A stretch of DNA of 64,000 nucleotides from a bacterium (GTDB taxonomy: Bacteria > UBA8248): NCBI GenBank assembly GCA_965204535.1, contig OZ241996.1:320001-384000 (forward strand). Direction: 5' to 3'. The notes below the pieces were generated by a model. It did no database searches and had not been told where the DNA came from. It was given only the letters and a program-made list of their open reading frames with translations. Positions 49,187 to 57,782 of the stretch are shown one piece after another (position 1 is the stretch's first letter; every line of letters begins with the position of its first letter). The position numbers were made by a program, and so were the translations under genes.

Positions 49187-50884
49187 CTACGCTCGCCCGT
49201 AGCGGCGGCGGCGCTTGTTGATGTCCTCGAGCTTGCGCGAGAGCTTCTCCAGCGTGCGGTTGTCGCTCAGGTTCCCTTCGATGTGAATGTGGTAGACGTG
49301 TGTATCGCCCCCGCCTCCGCCGGTTTCTTCCCGTATCGCGTCGCGGATGATGGGCCGCACGCCGCGCTGAAAGAAGTCGATGGATTGCGGGTGGTTCACG
49401 TTCATGATGTGCTCGGGCCCCGCCTCGCCCACGAGCCTGAGGGCCGAGCGCTTGACGAAACGCCCCGCCGCGTCGCCTTCATCGATGAGTACGGGCAACG
49501 CCCCCAAATATGATGAGTAAAGGCTTTGGCCGAAATACCGCTTCACGCCCTCCTGGGGCGAGATGCCCGCCTTCCCGGCCGCCCTTTGGATGAGCTGAAA
49601 CGTGAGGCCCGCTTTTTCCAGCAAAGGGGGGTCCACGCTCATCCGGCCTTCGTAGACCGCCTTGGGAAGCGAGAGGAGCCGTGCTTCATCCGCCACGCCG
49701 GTTTTCTGGAATTTATCGAGCGCGATGTACAGCCCGGCCGCCTGCGCGAGATTCGCGATTCCCCGAGTGAAGGGGGTGGACCTGTCCCGGAAGCCCTTGA
49801 AGCCCAGGAAGGAGAGCACCTGCTTGATGGCGCCGCCCTTGTTGAACAGGACGTCGGTGAGCAGAAAAGCGCCCGCCGCCGGCCCGAAGGCGGCGAGGCC
49901 GGTGGCGCCCGCGAGCGCGGGGACGGCGCCGGCGACGTTGATGGCCAGGTTCGCCCCTGTTTTCAGGGTTTTGGGGCCGCTCAGGAAGTCCAGCGCCGAA
50001 AAAGCGACCCGCAGGGCCGCCGACGCTTTCGTCGCCGCAATCCGCGCGGCCAGCGCGCCGCTCGCCTTTTCGCCCGCGGCGGTGGCCACCGCCGTGCCGC
50101 CGATGCGGTTCGCCGCCTCGAGTTCGGAGACGGACTGGAAAAGGCGCATGAGCCCCGCCTCGCCGCCGATTTTCGCCAGCGGTACGACGAGTTCCGGCCC
50201 CGCCTCGCCGATCACGCCCAGGGTGGGCTTTTTCACCAGACCTCCCTTGGAAAACCCGAATACGCCCAGCAGTCCCTTCCCCAGATCGCCCAGCAGGTTC
50301 AGCCCCAAATCCTGGAGCGCGCCCACCGCGGGCTTGATGAACTGCGTGCTCGCCATCTCGGCGGCGGCGTTTCGAACCATGTTGATGGCGTGGTTCTTGA
50401 GGTCGCTGAACAGGTCCTTGGCGCTGTCGATTTTGCCGGTGAGGACGCCCGAGAAAAACCGGGTGAGCGTCTGCTCGCTCGCCGCGGCGAAGTCGTTCAC
50501 CGCCCTTCCGGCGACCCGGAAAGAGGCGGGCAGGGCGGCGGCTTTCGCCTTGACCTCATCGAGACCCCTCGTGAGCGGGCCGGAGGCGAGCCGGGAGCCG
50601 GCTCGTTCCGCATTCCTCCACAGGGAGTTCATCCCCTCGGCGGCATCAGTGGACGAAGCGCCGACTCTCTGGAGGCGTTCTGAGGACCTCACGAAGGCGC
50701 GGCTCGATTTTTCGAGCGCGCTCCGGGACCCATGCGTTTCGGCCTTGAGTTTTTCCGTAGCGATCCTCGCCCGGCCCGCCGCCTTGGTGAAGCGGTCGAG
50801 CGCTTTCAGGCTGTTCCCGGAGTTCAGGTCGATTTTCTTTATCACCGATATCTTGTGGACGTGCTCCGGCATGGAATCCCTCAT
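49187..50884 (-). CDS. Phage tail tape-measure-like protein
   Basis: Ala-rich helical 565 aa; FSKGGLVKKPTLGVIGEAGPELVVPL C-terminal TMP motif; second GEAGPE; GGGG..V.I.I tail. Confidence 0.75.
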   Translation of the reverse strand: MRDSMPEHVHKISVIKKIDLNSGNSLKALDRFTKAAGRARIATEKLKAETHGSRSALEKSSRAFVRSSERLQRVGASSTDAAEGMNSLWRNAERAGSRLASGPLTRGLDEVKAKAAALPASFRVAGRAVNDFAAASEQTLTRFFSGVLTGKIDSAKDLFSDLKNHAINMVRNAAAEMASTQFIKPAVGALQDLGLNLLGDLGKGLLGVFGFSKGGLVKKPTLGVIGEAGPELVVPLAKIGGEAGLMRLFQSVSELEAANRIGGTAVATAAGEKASGALAARIAATKASAALRVAFSALDFLSGPKTLKTGANLAINVAGAVPALAGATGLAAFGPAAGAFLLTDVLFNKGGAIKQVLSFLGFKGFRDRSTPFTRGIANLAQAAGLYIALDKFQKTGVADEARLLSLPKAVYEGRMSVDPPLLEKAGLTFQLIQRAAGKAGISPQEGVKRYFGQSLYSSYLGALPVLIDEGDAAGRFVKRSALRLVGEAGPEHIMNVNHPQSIDFFQRGVRPIIRDAIREETGGGGGDTHVYHIHIEGNLSDNRTLEKLSRKLEDINKRRRRYGRA

Positions 50885-50923
50885 TCATGAACGAGATGCT
50901 GGATGGGATGCGCAACGGGCGCG

Positions 50924-51046
50924 CTAATCCGCCCAGGGGTTGATGAAATGCCACAGGTGGTTCGTGATGAGGCGCGGCTCGATCGCCGCGATGACGCAAA
51001 AGACGGCGGCGGCCGAGAAAAACGCCGCGAGAAGATAAGGAATCAT
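50924..51046 (-). CDS. 40-aa single-TM protein (not in ORF track)
   Basis: MIPYLLAAFFSAAAVFCVIAAIEPRLITNHLWHFINPWAD*; ATGA-coupled to upstream gene. Confidence 0.6.
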   Translation of the reverse strand: MIPYLLAAFFSAAAVFCVIAAIEPRLITNHLWHFINPWAD

Positions 51047-51426
51047 GGTTGACGCTCCTTGTTCAGGCGCTCGTCGAGTCTGGCGAGCGCGGTTTCGACC
51101 TCACGCAGGCGGCGAAGTATTTGCGCGAAGGTTTGCGCGTCCCCGCGCGTTTTTTTCACGGAAATCGCTTTCAGTTCACGGAATTCGAGATCGGCGATTG
51201 TCTTCGCCTCCCGCAACCGGGTTTCCACTTCCTGGAAGCGGACGCGCGCGCCCGCGTTTTTCTCCAAAAGCCAGGGGTGGCCCCGCTCGGCCATGTGGGC
51301 CGCCAGACGCCTTTCCACGTTCACGATATGGTTGTAGAGCGGCGTGTAGGCGGCCACCCCGAGGCCGGCGATGCTCAGGATAGAGAGGAAAATCTGGAGC
51401 CCTTTTCCGTTTCCTTCAGACGCCAT
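51043..51426 (-). CDS. Membrane-anchored coiled-coil protein (possibly lysis-related)
   Basis: N-terminal TM IFLSILSIAGLGVAAY, then heptad-rich helix; coupled to neighbours. Confidence 0.55.
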   Translation of the reverse strand: MASEGNGKGLQIFLSILSIAGLGVAAYTPLYNHIVNVERRLAAHMAERGHPWLLEKNAGARVRFQEVETRLREAKTIADLEFRELKAISVKKTRGDAQTFAQILRRLREVETALARLDERLNKERQP

Positions 51427-52121
51427 CAGCGCACCTTGTCGAAAGAAGAGGCGGCTTCTTCGAGTCTGGAACCCAGGGCCGCCACGCTGGCGGTGACGGC
51501 GGCGTCCCGGGTGTCGCGCACGCTCTCATCATAAATTTTAAGGAGAGAGGCGAGCTTGCCGAGCAGGGCCGTCCTCCGGCTCGTCCACTCATCCACCACG
51601 CTTTGGCCCGTCGCGTAGCGCGCGGGATAGGCGTCTTTTCTGTTTTTGATGAGCGCGAATTCCGGCTTTGCGAGTTTGTTCTCGCCTGAATCCTGCGCCC
51701 AGGCGTCGATGAGCTTGGCTTTTTCCTCGTATTCGGCCAGCTTGCCGCCCAGAGCGCTCACCGGCACGCCCACGATGCGCGCCTTGGCGGCGTTCAGCAA
51801 CAGGTTGAGTTTCTCCTTCGCCTCGTCTCGATGGATATCAGCGATGCCACCGGGCGCGTGCGCGGCATGAGCGGCGAGAATGGCTACGCGCTGCGCGCGG
51901 GTGCTTGAATCGGCCACGTTGATGACCCACGTGTCCTGGCCGGGACCGTGGATTTCGGGACGGGCGGATTCCGTCTCGCCGGGCCCGGGCCGCCAGTCGG
52001 CGTCAGGCGTCATGGTCGTTTTCAGCCGGTGCGCGCTGCCCAGGTAGAGGTGCGCGAGGCCGGCGGTTTCGAGTTCATCTCGAAAATGCGACCCGACGGC
52101 TTTGGTCACTTCGATTTCCAT
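51426..52121 (-). CDS. Putative tail-fibre assembly/chaperone-like protein
   Basis: Follows the fibre-like gene; helical C-half with EYEEKA..I.AW pattern resembling fibre-associated proteins; GAGG RBS. Confidence 0.45.
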   Translation of the reverse strand: MEIEVTKAVGSHFRDELETAGLAHLYLGSAHRLKTTMTPDADWRPGPGETESARPEIHGPGQDTWVINVADSSTRAQRVAILAAHAAHAPGGIADIHRDEAKEKLNLLLNAAKARIVGVPVSALGGKLAEYEEKAKLIDAWAQDSGENKLAKPEFALIKNRKDAYPARYATGQSVVDEWTSRRTALLGKLASLLKIYDESVRDTRDAAVTASVAALGSRLEEAASSFDKVR

Positions 52122-52130
52122 ATTGGCCTC

Positions 52131-53072
52131 CTAGATCAAGACGACGCTTTGGAAGAGATAGTCGCCGATGTTCAGGATGGTCGAGCCCGCCACGCGAAAG
52201 ACGAACGTGGAGTGAACCTCGGCGAGGGCGCCCCTGTATATTCGTGTGCTCGCAATCGCGAAGTTGTCTTTTTCATTGTTCGACAAGCGAATGATTTCGA
52301 CTTCCGGATAGGCCTGCCCCGTTCCGCCAAACAGTTTGAGGTTCATGTCCAGACCCGCCAGACCCGCGATGCTCGTCGAATTCACCCAGCCTTGTCCGCC
52401 GGCTTCCTGGCGGATGACGTCATGTCCCGGCCACATCAGGATTTCGTGCGTGGCGACGGAGGTCCAGTCGGTGGACAGGGTGGTGGCGAGCGTTCCTTTG
52501 GACTGCGCGGCGTATACCGCCTTGTTCCAGAAACTTCTGACATACACGTCGTTCGAGAGGACGAATTGCGATGAGCCGTCCGTTCTCGCGACCCCGGCGA
52601 GGGTGCGGCTCTTGTCGTGCGTTTTGTGCGCCAGCCCCGTGGCGGCGTCGAACGCCCAGCTTCCCGCGCGATCGAATTCGAGCTTGAGCCCGCCTCCGTC
52701 ATCGTAGACGAAGACCGCATGGGAGCTGTCCGCCTCGAGGTCCGCGTTCGTAATCGTGATGCCCTCCCAGGGCAAATCCTCGTAATAGACGTCTCCCGAC
52801 GCTTCGTCGATGAAGGGCACATGGCGGCCCGCCACGGGATTGGCGACGGCGGGGTAATAAGCCGAGGCCAGCGCCGGCCTGAACGCCAGGGTGGTGGCGT
52901 TCACGTAATCGAGCCTGCCCGCGCATTCGATGGGTTGCCTGTCGGCCCTGATTTTTCCGTCCGGGAACAGGGCGGCGAGGGCCAGGCGGTCGATGACGCG
53001 GGCTTTCGTGGGGTGGTGGCCGCCGATGGCTTCCTCGGTGTAGCGGGCGGACAGATCGGCTCCGATGGGCAT
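52131..53072 (-). CDS. Putative tail fibre / receptor-binding protein
   Basis: N-terminal YTEE..G..HPTKA..I.RLAL anchor, beta-rich body (GRLDYVNATTL, K..D.SRTL.G..RT, V.SFWN); AAGGAG RBS; follows the tail-tip gene. Confidence 0.55.
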   Translation of the reverse strand: MPIGADLSARYTEEAIGGHHPTKARVIDRLALAALFPDGKIRADRQPIECAGRLDYVNATTLAFRPALASAYYPAVANPVAGRHVPFIDEASGDVYYEDLPWEGITITNADLEADSSHAVFVYDDGGGLKLEFDRAGSWAFDAATGLAHKTHDKSRTLAGVARTDGSSQFVLSNDVYVRSFWNKAVYAAQSKGTLATTLSTDWTSVATHEILMWPGHDVIRQEAGGQGWVNSTSIAGLAGLDMNLKLFGGTGQAYPEVEIIRLSNNEKDNFAIASTRIYRGALAEVHSTFVFRVAGSTILNIGDYLFQSVVLI

Positions 53073-53083
53073 CGTTTTCTCCT

Positions 53084-54295
53084 TTATGCGTAAGTGGCGG
53101 CGTCGCGCTCGGCGCCCAGGAGCCGGCCGCCTTCGAGTGTTCTGCTCCCGTCCAAAAGAAAGGAGGACGTCAGGAAAAAGCCGGTATCCCGGATTTTGAG
53201 CTCCATGCCCTGCTCACCCAGGTCGTAATTCACCTCGATCACTTCTCCGATTTGATTCACGAGGGGTTCGAGCTTCTCGGAGCGCATCCAGGGCACGCTG
53301 AACGCCACGTAGTCGTCCGGTTCGATTTCGAGCGCTCTCAGGGAGCTGTCCTCGATGGTGAGCATGCGGGTGGGTTCGTGACAGCGCTCCACGATGCGCG
53401 ATTGAACCGTGGCGGCAACGCGCTCGCGCCGGACCCAGTCGAGCCTGAGCGGGCTTTGCGGAGGTCTCCTGACGCCATAGAGCCTTTGGGAGGAAATGTT
53501 CCGGGTGGCGCTCCCGTCGTCGTGTTTGATGTAGCGCGCGCCCGGATAATCCCTCGCATAGAGCACCGGAACCTGATTGACGACGGTGTCGCGCGCCATC
53601 TCCGCCTCGATGCTTGAGTGGCCGAAACGCGGCAGAACCTTTTGGGGTGAAATGGCGGAGGGTTCCTCTCCTGCGATGTGAATTTTCAGGCGGCCGAACG
53701 GGTCGATTTCGTATCGTCCGAGGAAATCGCCCAAAAGCGAGGTGAGGATGTCGGCGGGCGCATGGTCGTCCAGGATGATCCCACCCGCCCGGTAGCCGTA
53801 GGCCTTCGCGCCGACCGCCGCGCGCGAAAGGGCCTGCATGTCGAGGTCCTGCTCGCTGAATCCCCAGACGCTCGTCATGAGGTCATAAACGACCTCGGCG
53901 GGGTTTTCGATGTGTGCGCCGCTGTCGTTTTTCCTGCCCTTGCATACGGCGGTCACGCGCCCCTTCGGCGGGTCTGCGAAAGCGGCCGTGGCGATTGCGC
54001 CCCTGCCCTGGTAGTTCCGGGCGAGTTCCAGAGAGTATCTTCCCGGCTCGATGCGGCCACCGTCGTCGAAAAGCGCGACGGCTCCCGATATCTCATGCGC
54101 GGCCACGCAGTAGACGCCGCCCCCGGCGGGGTCGATTTTCGGAAGCTCGTAAACGCCCGCGTTCTCGCGCGAAGGAACCGTCAAATCCCCGTAGATGATG
54201 GGTAGGCTCTGGTCTTCGAATTCAGGGTCGGCGTACCTCGAAGCGCGCCCTATCGGGAATGCGTCCGAGAGCCGGTCCGTCGTCGGGTCACTCAT
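53084..54295 (-). CDS. Siphophage tail-tip/hub protein (lambda J / GTA megatron-like)
   Basis: LPIIYG, IENPAEVVYDLMT, VVNQV.V.Y, S..LYG.R, LEIEPDD.V motifs. Confidence 0.7.
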   Translation of the reverse strand: MSDPTTDRLSDAFPIGRASRYADPEFEDQSLPIIYGDLTVPSRENAGVYELPKIDPAGGGVYCVAAHEISGAVALFDDGGRIEPGRYSLELARNYQGRGAIATAAFADPPKGRVTAVCKGRKNDSGAHIENPAEVVYDLMTSVWGFSEQDLDMQALSRAAVGAKAYGYRAGGIILDDHAPADILTSLLGDFLGRYEIDPFGRLKIHIAGEEPSAISPQKVLPRFGHSSIEAEMARDTVVNQVPVLYARDYPGARYIKHDDGSATRNISSQRLYGVRRPPQSPLRLDWVRRERVAATVQSRIVERCHEPTRMLTIEDSSLRALEIEPDDYVAFSVPWMRSEKLEPLVNQIGEVIEVNYDLGEQGMELKIRDTGFFLTSSFLLDGSRTLEGGRLLGAERDAATYA

Positions 54296-54829
54296 CTAGT
54301 TGCCCTCGCATTCCATGGAAACCTGGTCGATGCGCTCGGTAATGCGGCGAATGGTGAAGCTCCCGATCGAGAGAACGTCGGATATGTTTTGTCCTGAAAA
54401 CCCGACGCGCACGTCGACCTTTCCGCCAATGAGCGGCTCCGTCGCAAGGATGCGGCTCATGCGCGGGTGGCCGTCCATGTCGGGAGCGTTGTTGACGGCT
54501 ATCGTAAGGCCGGGGAGTTCCTTTTCCCGGAATGCCTCGAGAATGGAGGGACCCTGAAACGCGCCGAGAGAGAATCGCCCGCCGTCCTCTATCCAATCAT
54601 GGACGCCGAGGAGCACTTCCGCTCCCTCTCCCAGCAGAAGGGAACCATCGAGAATTCGCGAGCCGTCGAGGAAATGGATTCTTCCGCCTTGCCCGATCAG
54701 GGAGTCGGGAACCTGCTTTCCGCAGAACACGCGCTTTCCACCGGCGGTGGAGAGATGATAGAGGATGAAGGCGGTTTTCCCCTCGTGCCCGGCGATGTCC
54801 GCGACCGCCTGGTCCGTGACGCGCCTCAT
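54296..54829 (-). CDS. Putative baseplate-hub-like tail protein
   Basis: Lies between Dit-like and tip-like genes; LTIAVNN, G.KV.VRVGF, G.F.I..I beta pattern; LDGSRILDGS motif. Confidence 0.55.
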   Translation of the reverse strand: MRRVTDQAVADIAGHEGKTAFILYHLSTAGGKRVFCGKQVPDSLIGQGGRIHFLDGSRILDGSLLLGEGAEVLLGVHDWIEDGGRFSLGAFQGPSILEAFREKELPGLTIAVNNAPDMDGHPRMSRILATEPLIGGKVDVRVGFSGQNISDVLSIGSFTIRRITERIDQVSMECEGN

Positions 54830-55905
54830 GCGAGTCTTTCCCTGAGATCGAGTTCGAAGGAGAAGTCGTCCGACCCCGTCTGTCGCGGCAAAAAATCGCC
54901 CGTGAGGTGGGCGAGAATGACCGAGGCGGGGTCGTCGACGTCCAGGTGAACGAAAAACGGCTTGGCCCGCCCGGCGTCGACGTCCTTCACCGCGCGGTAC
55001 ATGGCGAGAAACGCTCCTCGCTGCTCATCCGATATACGCTCGTAGGGAAGGGTGATCCTGCGGCCGCGATTCAAGAGCACCGGACGCTCCGCCATGTTTT
55101 CCGTGCGGCTTGTTTCCTCGAAGGCTTCTTCTCCCACCACGTTTCCGAACCAGAAATGGTCGGCGGGCTCGAAAAAGTCCCCCAGGTAGATTTCCGAGAC
55201 TTCCAGACAGGCATCCTGATCGGCGGCTACGCCTTCGGCCAGAAGACGCCAGTGGCGGTATGAGCGCGGCGTGGTGGCGAAATAGTGGATGAGCGTGTCG
55301 CTGCGCCAGATGGGCCTTTCATCGAGTGCGGGCGCGCGCCAGTCCGCGGACCCGTTCGCCTGAATCCGGAGACTTGCGCCGGGTGGGAAATTGTGGAGGT
55401 GGGCGATGAATACGTCGGGAGATTTTTCCTCACCGAAATCAAGGGCGAGCGACCATGGGTCTTCGGGCGGCGAGGCGCTTCTCATCTTCGTGGCGGGGTC
55501 GAGATCGTAGATTCTTCTTGGAGAAAAAAAGCGATTCGCCGTCGCCTGCCAATGATCGCCCAAGGCGAAAGCGGGTGAACTCGCGCCACTCACGAAGCGG
55601 ACCTTCACGCCCGAGTCCAGGGCGGTATCCGTCAGCGCGGTGGGGATGTTCGAGGCTTCCCAGCCGCCCGCGGGTGTCGATGTCTTGCGCCACCTGAAAC
55701 GGGCGCTTCCCACGTCGCCCGGCGCTTCGATTTCGGCGAAGTAGACTTCCTGGTCCTCTCCGGCGTAGGCGCCCGAGAAGACCATCGAGCCGCCCGCGTT
55801 CGCGACGCGGGGCACGCCCGCGCCGACGAATCCCTTCTCCACGGAAGTGGCGGTGATGAGCGTCTCGTCGTCGATGAGATTTCGATACATGAAGCGGTGT
55901 CCCAT
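54826..55905 (-). CDS. Distal-tail (Dit)-like protein with carbohydrate-binding-type insert
   Basis: Start MGHRFMYRNLID after CAGGAG; LDFG, HNF, QAN...W..P, YRHWRL, EVSEIYLG, KPFF, F.L.LRE C-terminus. Confidence 0.6.
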   Translation of the reverse strand: MGHRFMYRNLIDDETLITATSVEKGFVGAGVPRVANAGGSMVFSGAYAGEDQEVYFAEIEAPGDVGSARFRWRKTSTPAGGWEASNIPTALTDTALDSGVKVRFVSGASSPAFALGDHWQATANRFFSPRRIYDLDPATKMRSASPPEDPWSLALDFGEEKSPDVFIAHLHNFPPGASLRIQANGSADWRAPALDERPIWRSDTLIHYFATTPRSYRHWRLLAEGVAADQDACLEVSEIYLGDFFEPADHFWFGNVVGEEAFEETSRTENMAERPVLLNRGRRITLPYERISDEQRGAFLAMYRAVKDVDAGRAKPFFVHLDVDDPASVILAHLTGDFLPRQTGSDDFSFELDLRERLA

Positions 55906-56093
55906 TCCACTCTCCTGGGCGGGGTGTTCCATGTCGGGAAATTCCCTGGCTCCCGCCTGGGTTTCGGCATCACTCCGGCGCAGGAGGGCGCCGAGGTCAC
56001 CGAATATATGGGAATCGGGGAGGAGCGTTCGCCTCGCAAATGCGGGCAAATGCGTGGGAGAGAGCCACAGTTGAGGAAGGCGGGGAATCGTTC

Positions 56094-56109
56094 TGCAACA
56101 GGTTGGCCC
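56094..56109 (-). promoter_or_regulatory. Candidate sigma-54 (-24/-12) promoter of the tail-like operon
   Basis: Minus strand GGGCCAACCTGTTGCA = GG-N10-GC with GGC and TTGCA matching TGGCAC-N5-TTGCW. Confidence 0.4.
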
Positions 56110-56267
56110 ATGAATGCCCGGAGTGTTCTTGTTTTCGGGAGGGATTGCGAAATAGAAATTTGAGAAATCAGGAAAATTTGCTATAGTGATACTTCAACAG
56201 CAAGATGAAGTTTTCTCTTGTACCTGCCAGTTTTGTATGAAGTCCGCCCGATGTTGCGAAAGGACTC

Positions 56268-57752
56268 GTGATGCGCAAGAGGCGCGCGCGTCTCGTCACG
56301 CAATTTATTTCGAAACTAAAATCCACCAGCAGTTCCGCGATGGTCTGCGTGGTCGGCGTATTGCTGGCGCTGGGCATCAGCGTGTTGTTGAGCGGCCGCT
56401 CCGTAGTACATCCCCCTTCCGAATCGTCTGGAAAGAATGCGCCGCGTCCAGATGTGCGCGTCACCGAAAAAGCGCTTGAAGACAAGACGCAGCGGGAAAT
56501 CGCCAAAGCGCCCCGGCATCGGGTGGGCGAGGGGCCGGATGAAAATGCTTTGGAGAAAATCACCCGGGATCAACCAACCAGGAGTTTGCCGAAAGAGGAA
56601 AAACTCACCACGGAAACCGGTAAATTCTCCAAAGCGGACACGGTCATCGGCGTGTTGATGGCGCACGATGTGCCCCGTTCGGTGATTCAGAAAGTCCTGG
56701 ATAGCGTCGGTGAAAAACGTATTTTTTCGCGCATCCGGGCGGGTCGCCGGTATGAAGTGAAAAAAAAAGGCGGCGAACTCCGTGAATTCGTTCTTCAACT
56801 CGACAATAATAGCCGACTCAGAATTTCGCGAGCGCCGAACGGTGCGATGACGGCCTCGAAAGAGGACATACCTTATTCGGTAGACGTCGTTCGTATTCAA
56901 TCCCGCATCCATAGTTCCTTGTATAAAGCCATTGCCAATGGCGGCGGCTCTCCCGTCCTGGTGAACAAGCTCAGCGATATTTTTGCGTTTGTCATTGACT
57001 TTCACAAGGATTTGCAAAGTGGAGACCAGGTGGAGGCCCTGGTCGAGCGAAAGCACTTGAGAGATGAATTCGTTGGTTACGGTAGGATTCTGGCGGCCGA
57101 GTTCATCGTGGGGAAGAGGCGGCACACCGCGGTGTATTTCAAGGGCGGAGGCGGCAGGTATTACAACGTCGAGGGCGAGTCCCTGAGGCGCGCTTTTTTG
57201 CGATCTCCGCTTCGCTATACGCGAATCAGTTCGCGTTTCTCGAAGAGGCGCTTTCACCCCCTGCTCAAGCGCTATCGTCCCCACTTCGGCGTTGACTACG
57301 CTGCGCCCCGTGGGACGCCTGTCCATGCGGTCGCCGATGGCGTCGTCACCTGGGTGGGCCGCAAAAGCCAAGCCGGCAAAACGATCAAACTGCGTCATGG
57401 CGGCGGTTATCGGACCTCCTATCTCCATCTGTATCGATATGCGCGCGGAATTCGCAGGGGCAGGCGGGTCCTCCAGGGCCAGGTGATCGGCTACGTGGGT
57501 TCCACGGGCTTGTCCACGGGTCCTCATCTGGATTACCGGATCACCCGCCGCGGACGGTATTTGAACCCCCTGAAGGCGAAACTCCCCAAAGGCATGCCGC
57601 TTCCCCGCTCGCTGCGTCCGGCCTTCAAAAAGATTCTGGAGGAGCGGCGAACGATGTTTGACAACTTGCCCCTGCTGAAGGACTCTCAGGCTTCGCGCGC
57701 GGTCCCCGGGCCGTTGTTCGCCGTCGTGCGCGGTCGAACGTCAAACCTTTGA
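56268..57752 (+). CDS. M23 murein DD-endopeptidase (MepM/OapA-like)
   Basis: N-terminal TM, RFHP, HFGVDYAAP.GTPV, YLHL, IGYVGSTGLSTGPHLDY. Confidence 0.93.
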   Translation: MMRKRRARLVTQFISKLKSTSSSAMVCVVGVLLALGISVLLSGRSVVHPPSESSGKNAPRPDVRVTEKALEDKTQREIAKAPRHRVGEGPDENALEKITRDQPTRSLPKEEKLTTETGKFSKADTVIGVLMAHDVPRSVIQKVLDSVGEKRIFSRIRAGRRYEVKKKGGELREFVLQLDNNSRLRISRAPNGAMTASKEDIPYSVDVVRIQSRIHSSLYKAIANGGGSPVLVNKLSDIFAFVIDFHKDLQSGDQVEALVERKHLRDEFVGYGRILAAEFIVGKRRHTAVYFKGGGGRYYNVEGESLRRAFLRSPLRYTRISSRFSKRRFHPLLKRYRPHFGVDYAAPRGTPVHAVADGVVTWVGRKSQAGKTIKLRHGGGYRTSYLHLYRYARGIRRGRRVLQGQVIGYVGSTGLSTGPHLDYRITRRGRYLNPLKAKLPKGMPLPRSLRPAFKKILEERRTMFDNLPLLKDSQASRAVPGPLFAVVRGRTSNL

Positions 57753-57782
57753 ACCGGAAACCGAACAAGGGAGAAGTTGCTC

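Noticed and set aside
49187-55905. Complete prophage or contractile injection system (eCIS, R-type tailocin, T6SS)
   Set aside because: No head, packaging, integrase, sheath, tube, baseplate wedge or spike motifs were recognised; the components look non-contractile.
56268-57752. M23 peptidase as the endolysin of the tail operon
   Set aside because: It is divergently transcribed, has membrane-anchored MepM/OapA-like housekeeping architecture and runs into a core gene string; adjacency alone is insufficient.
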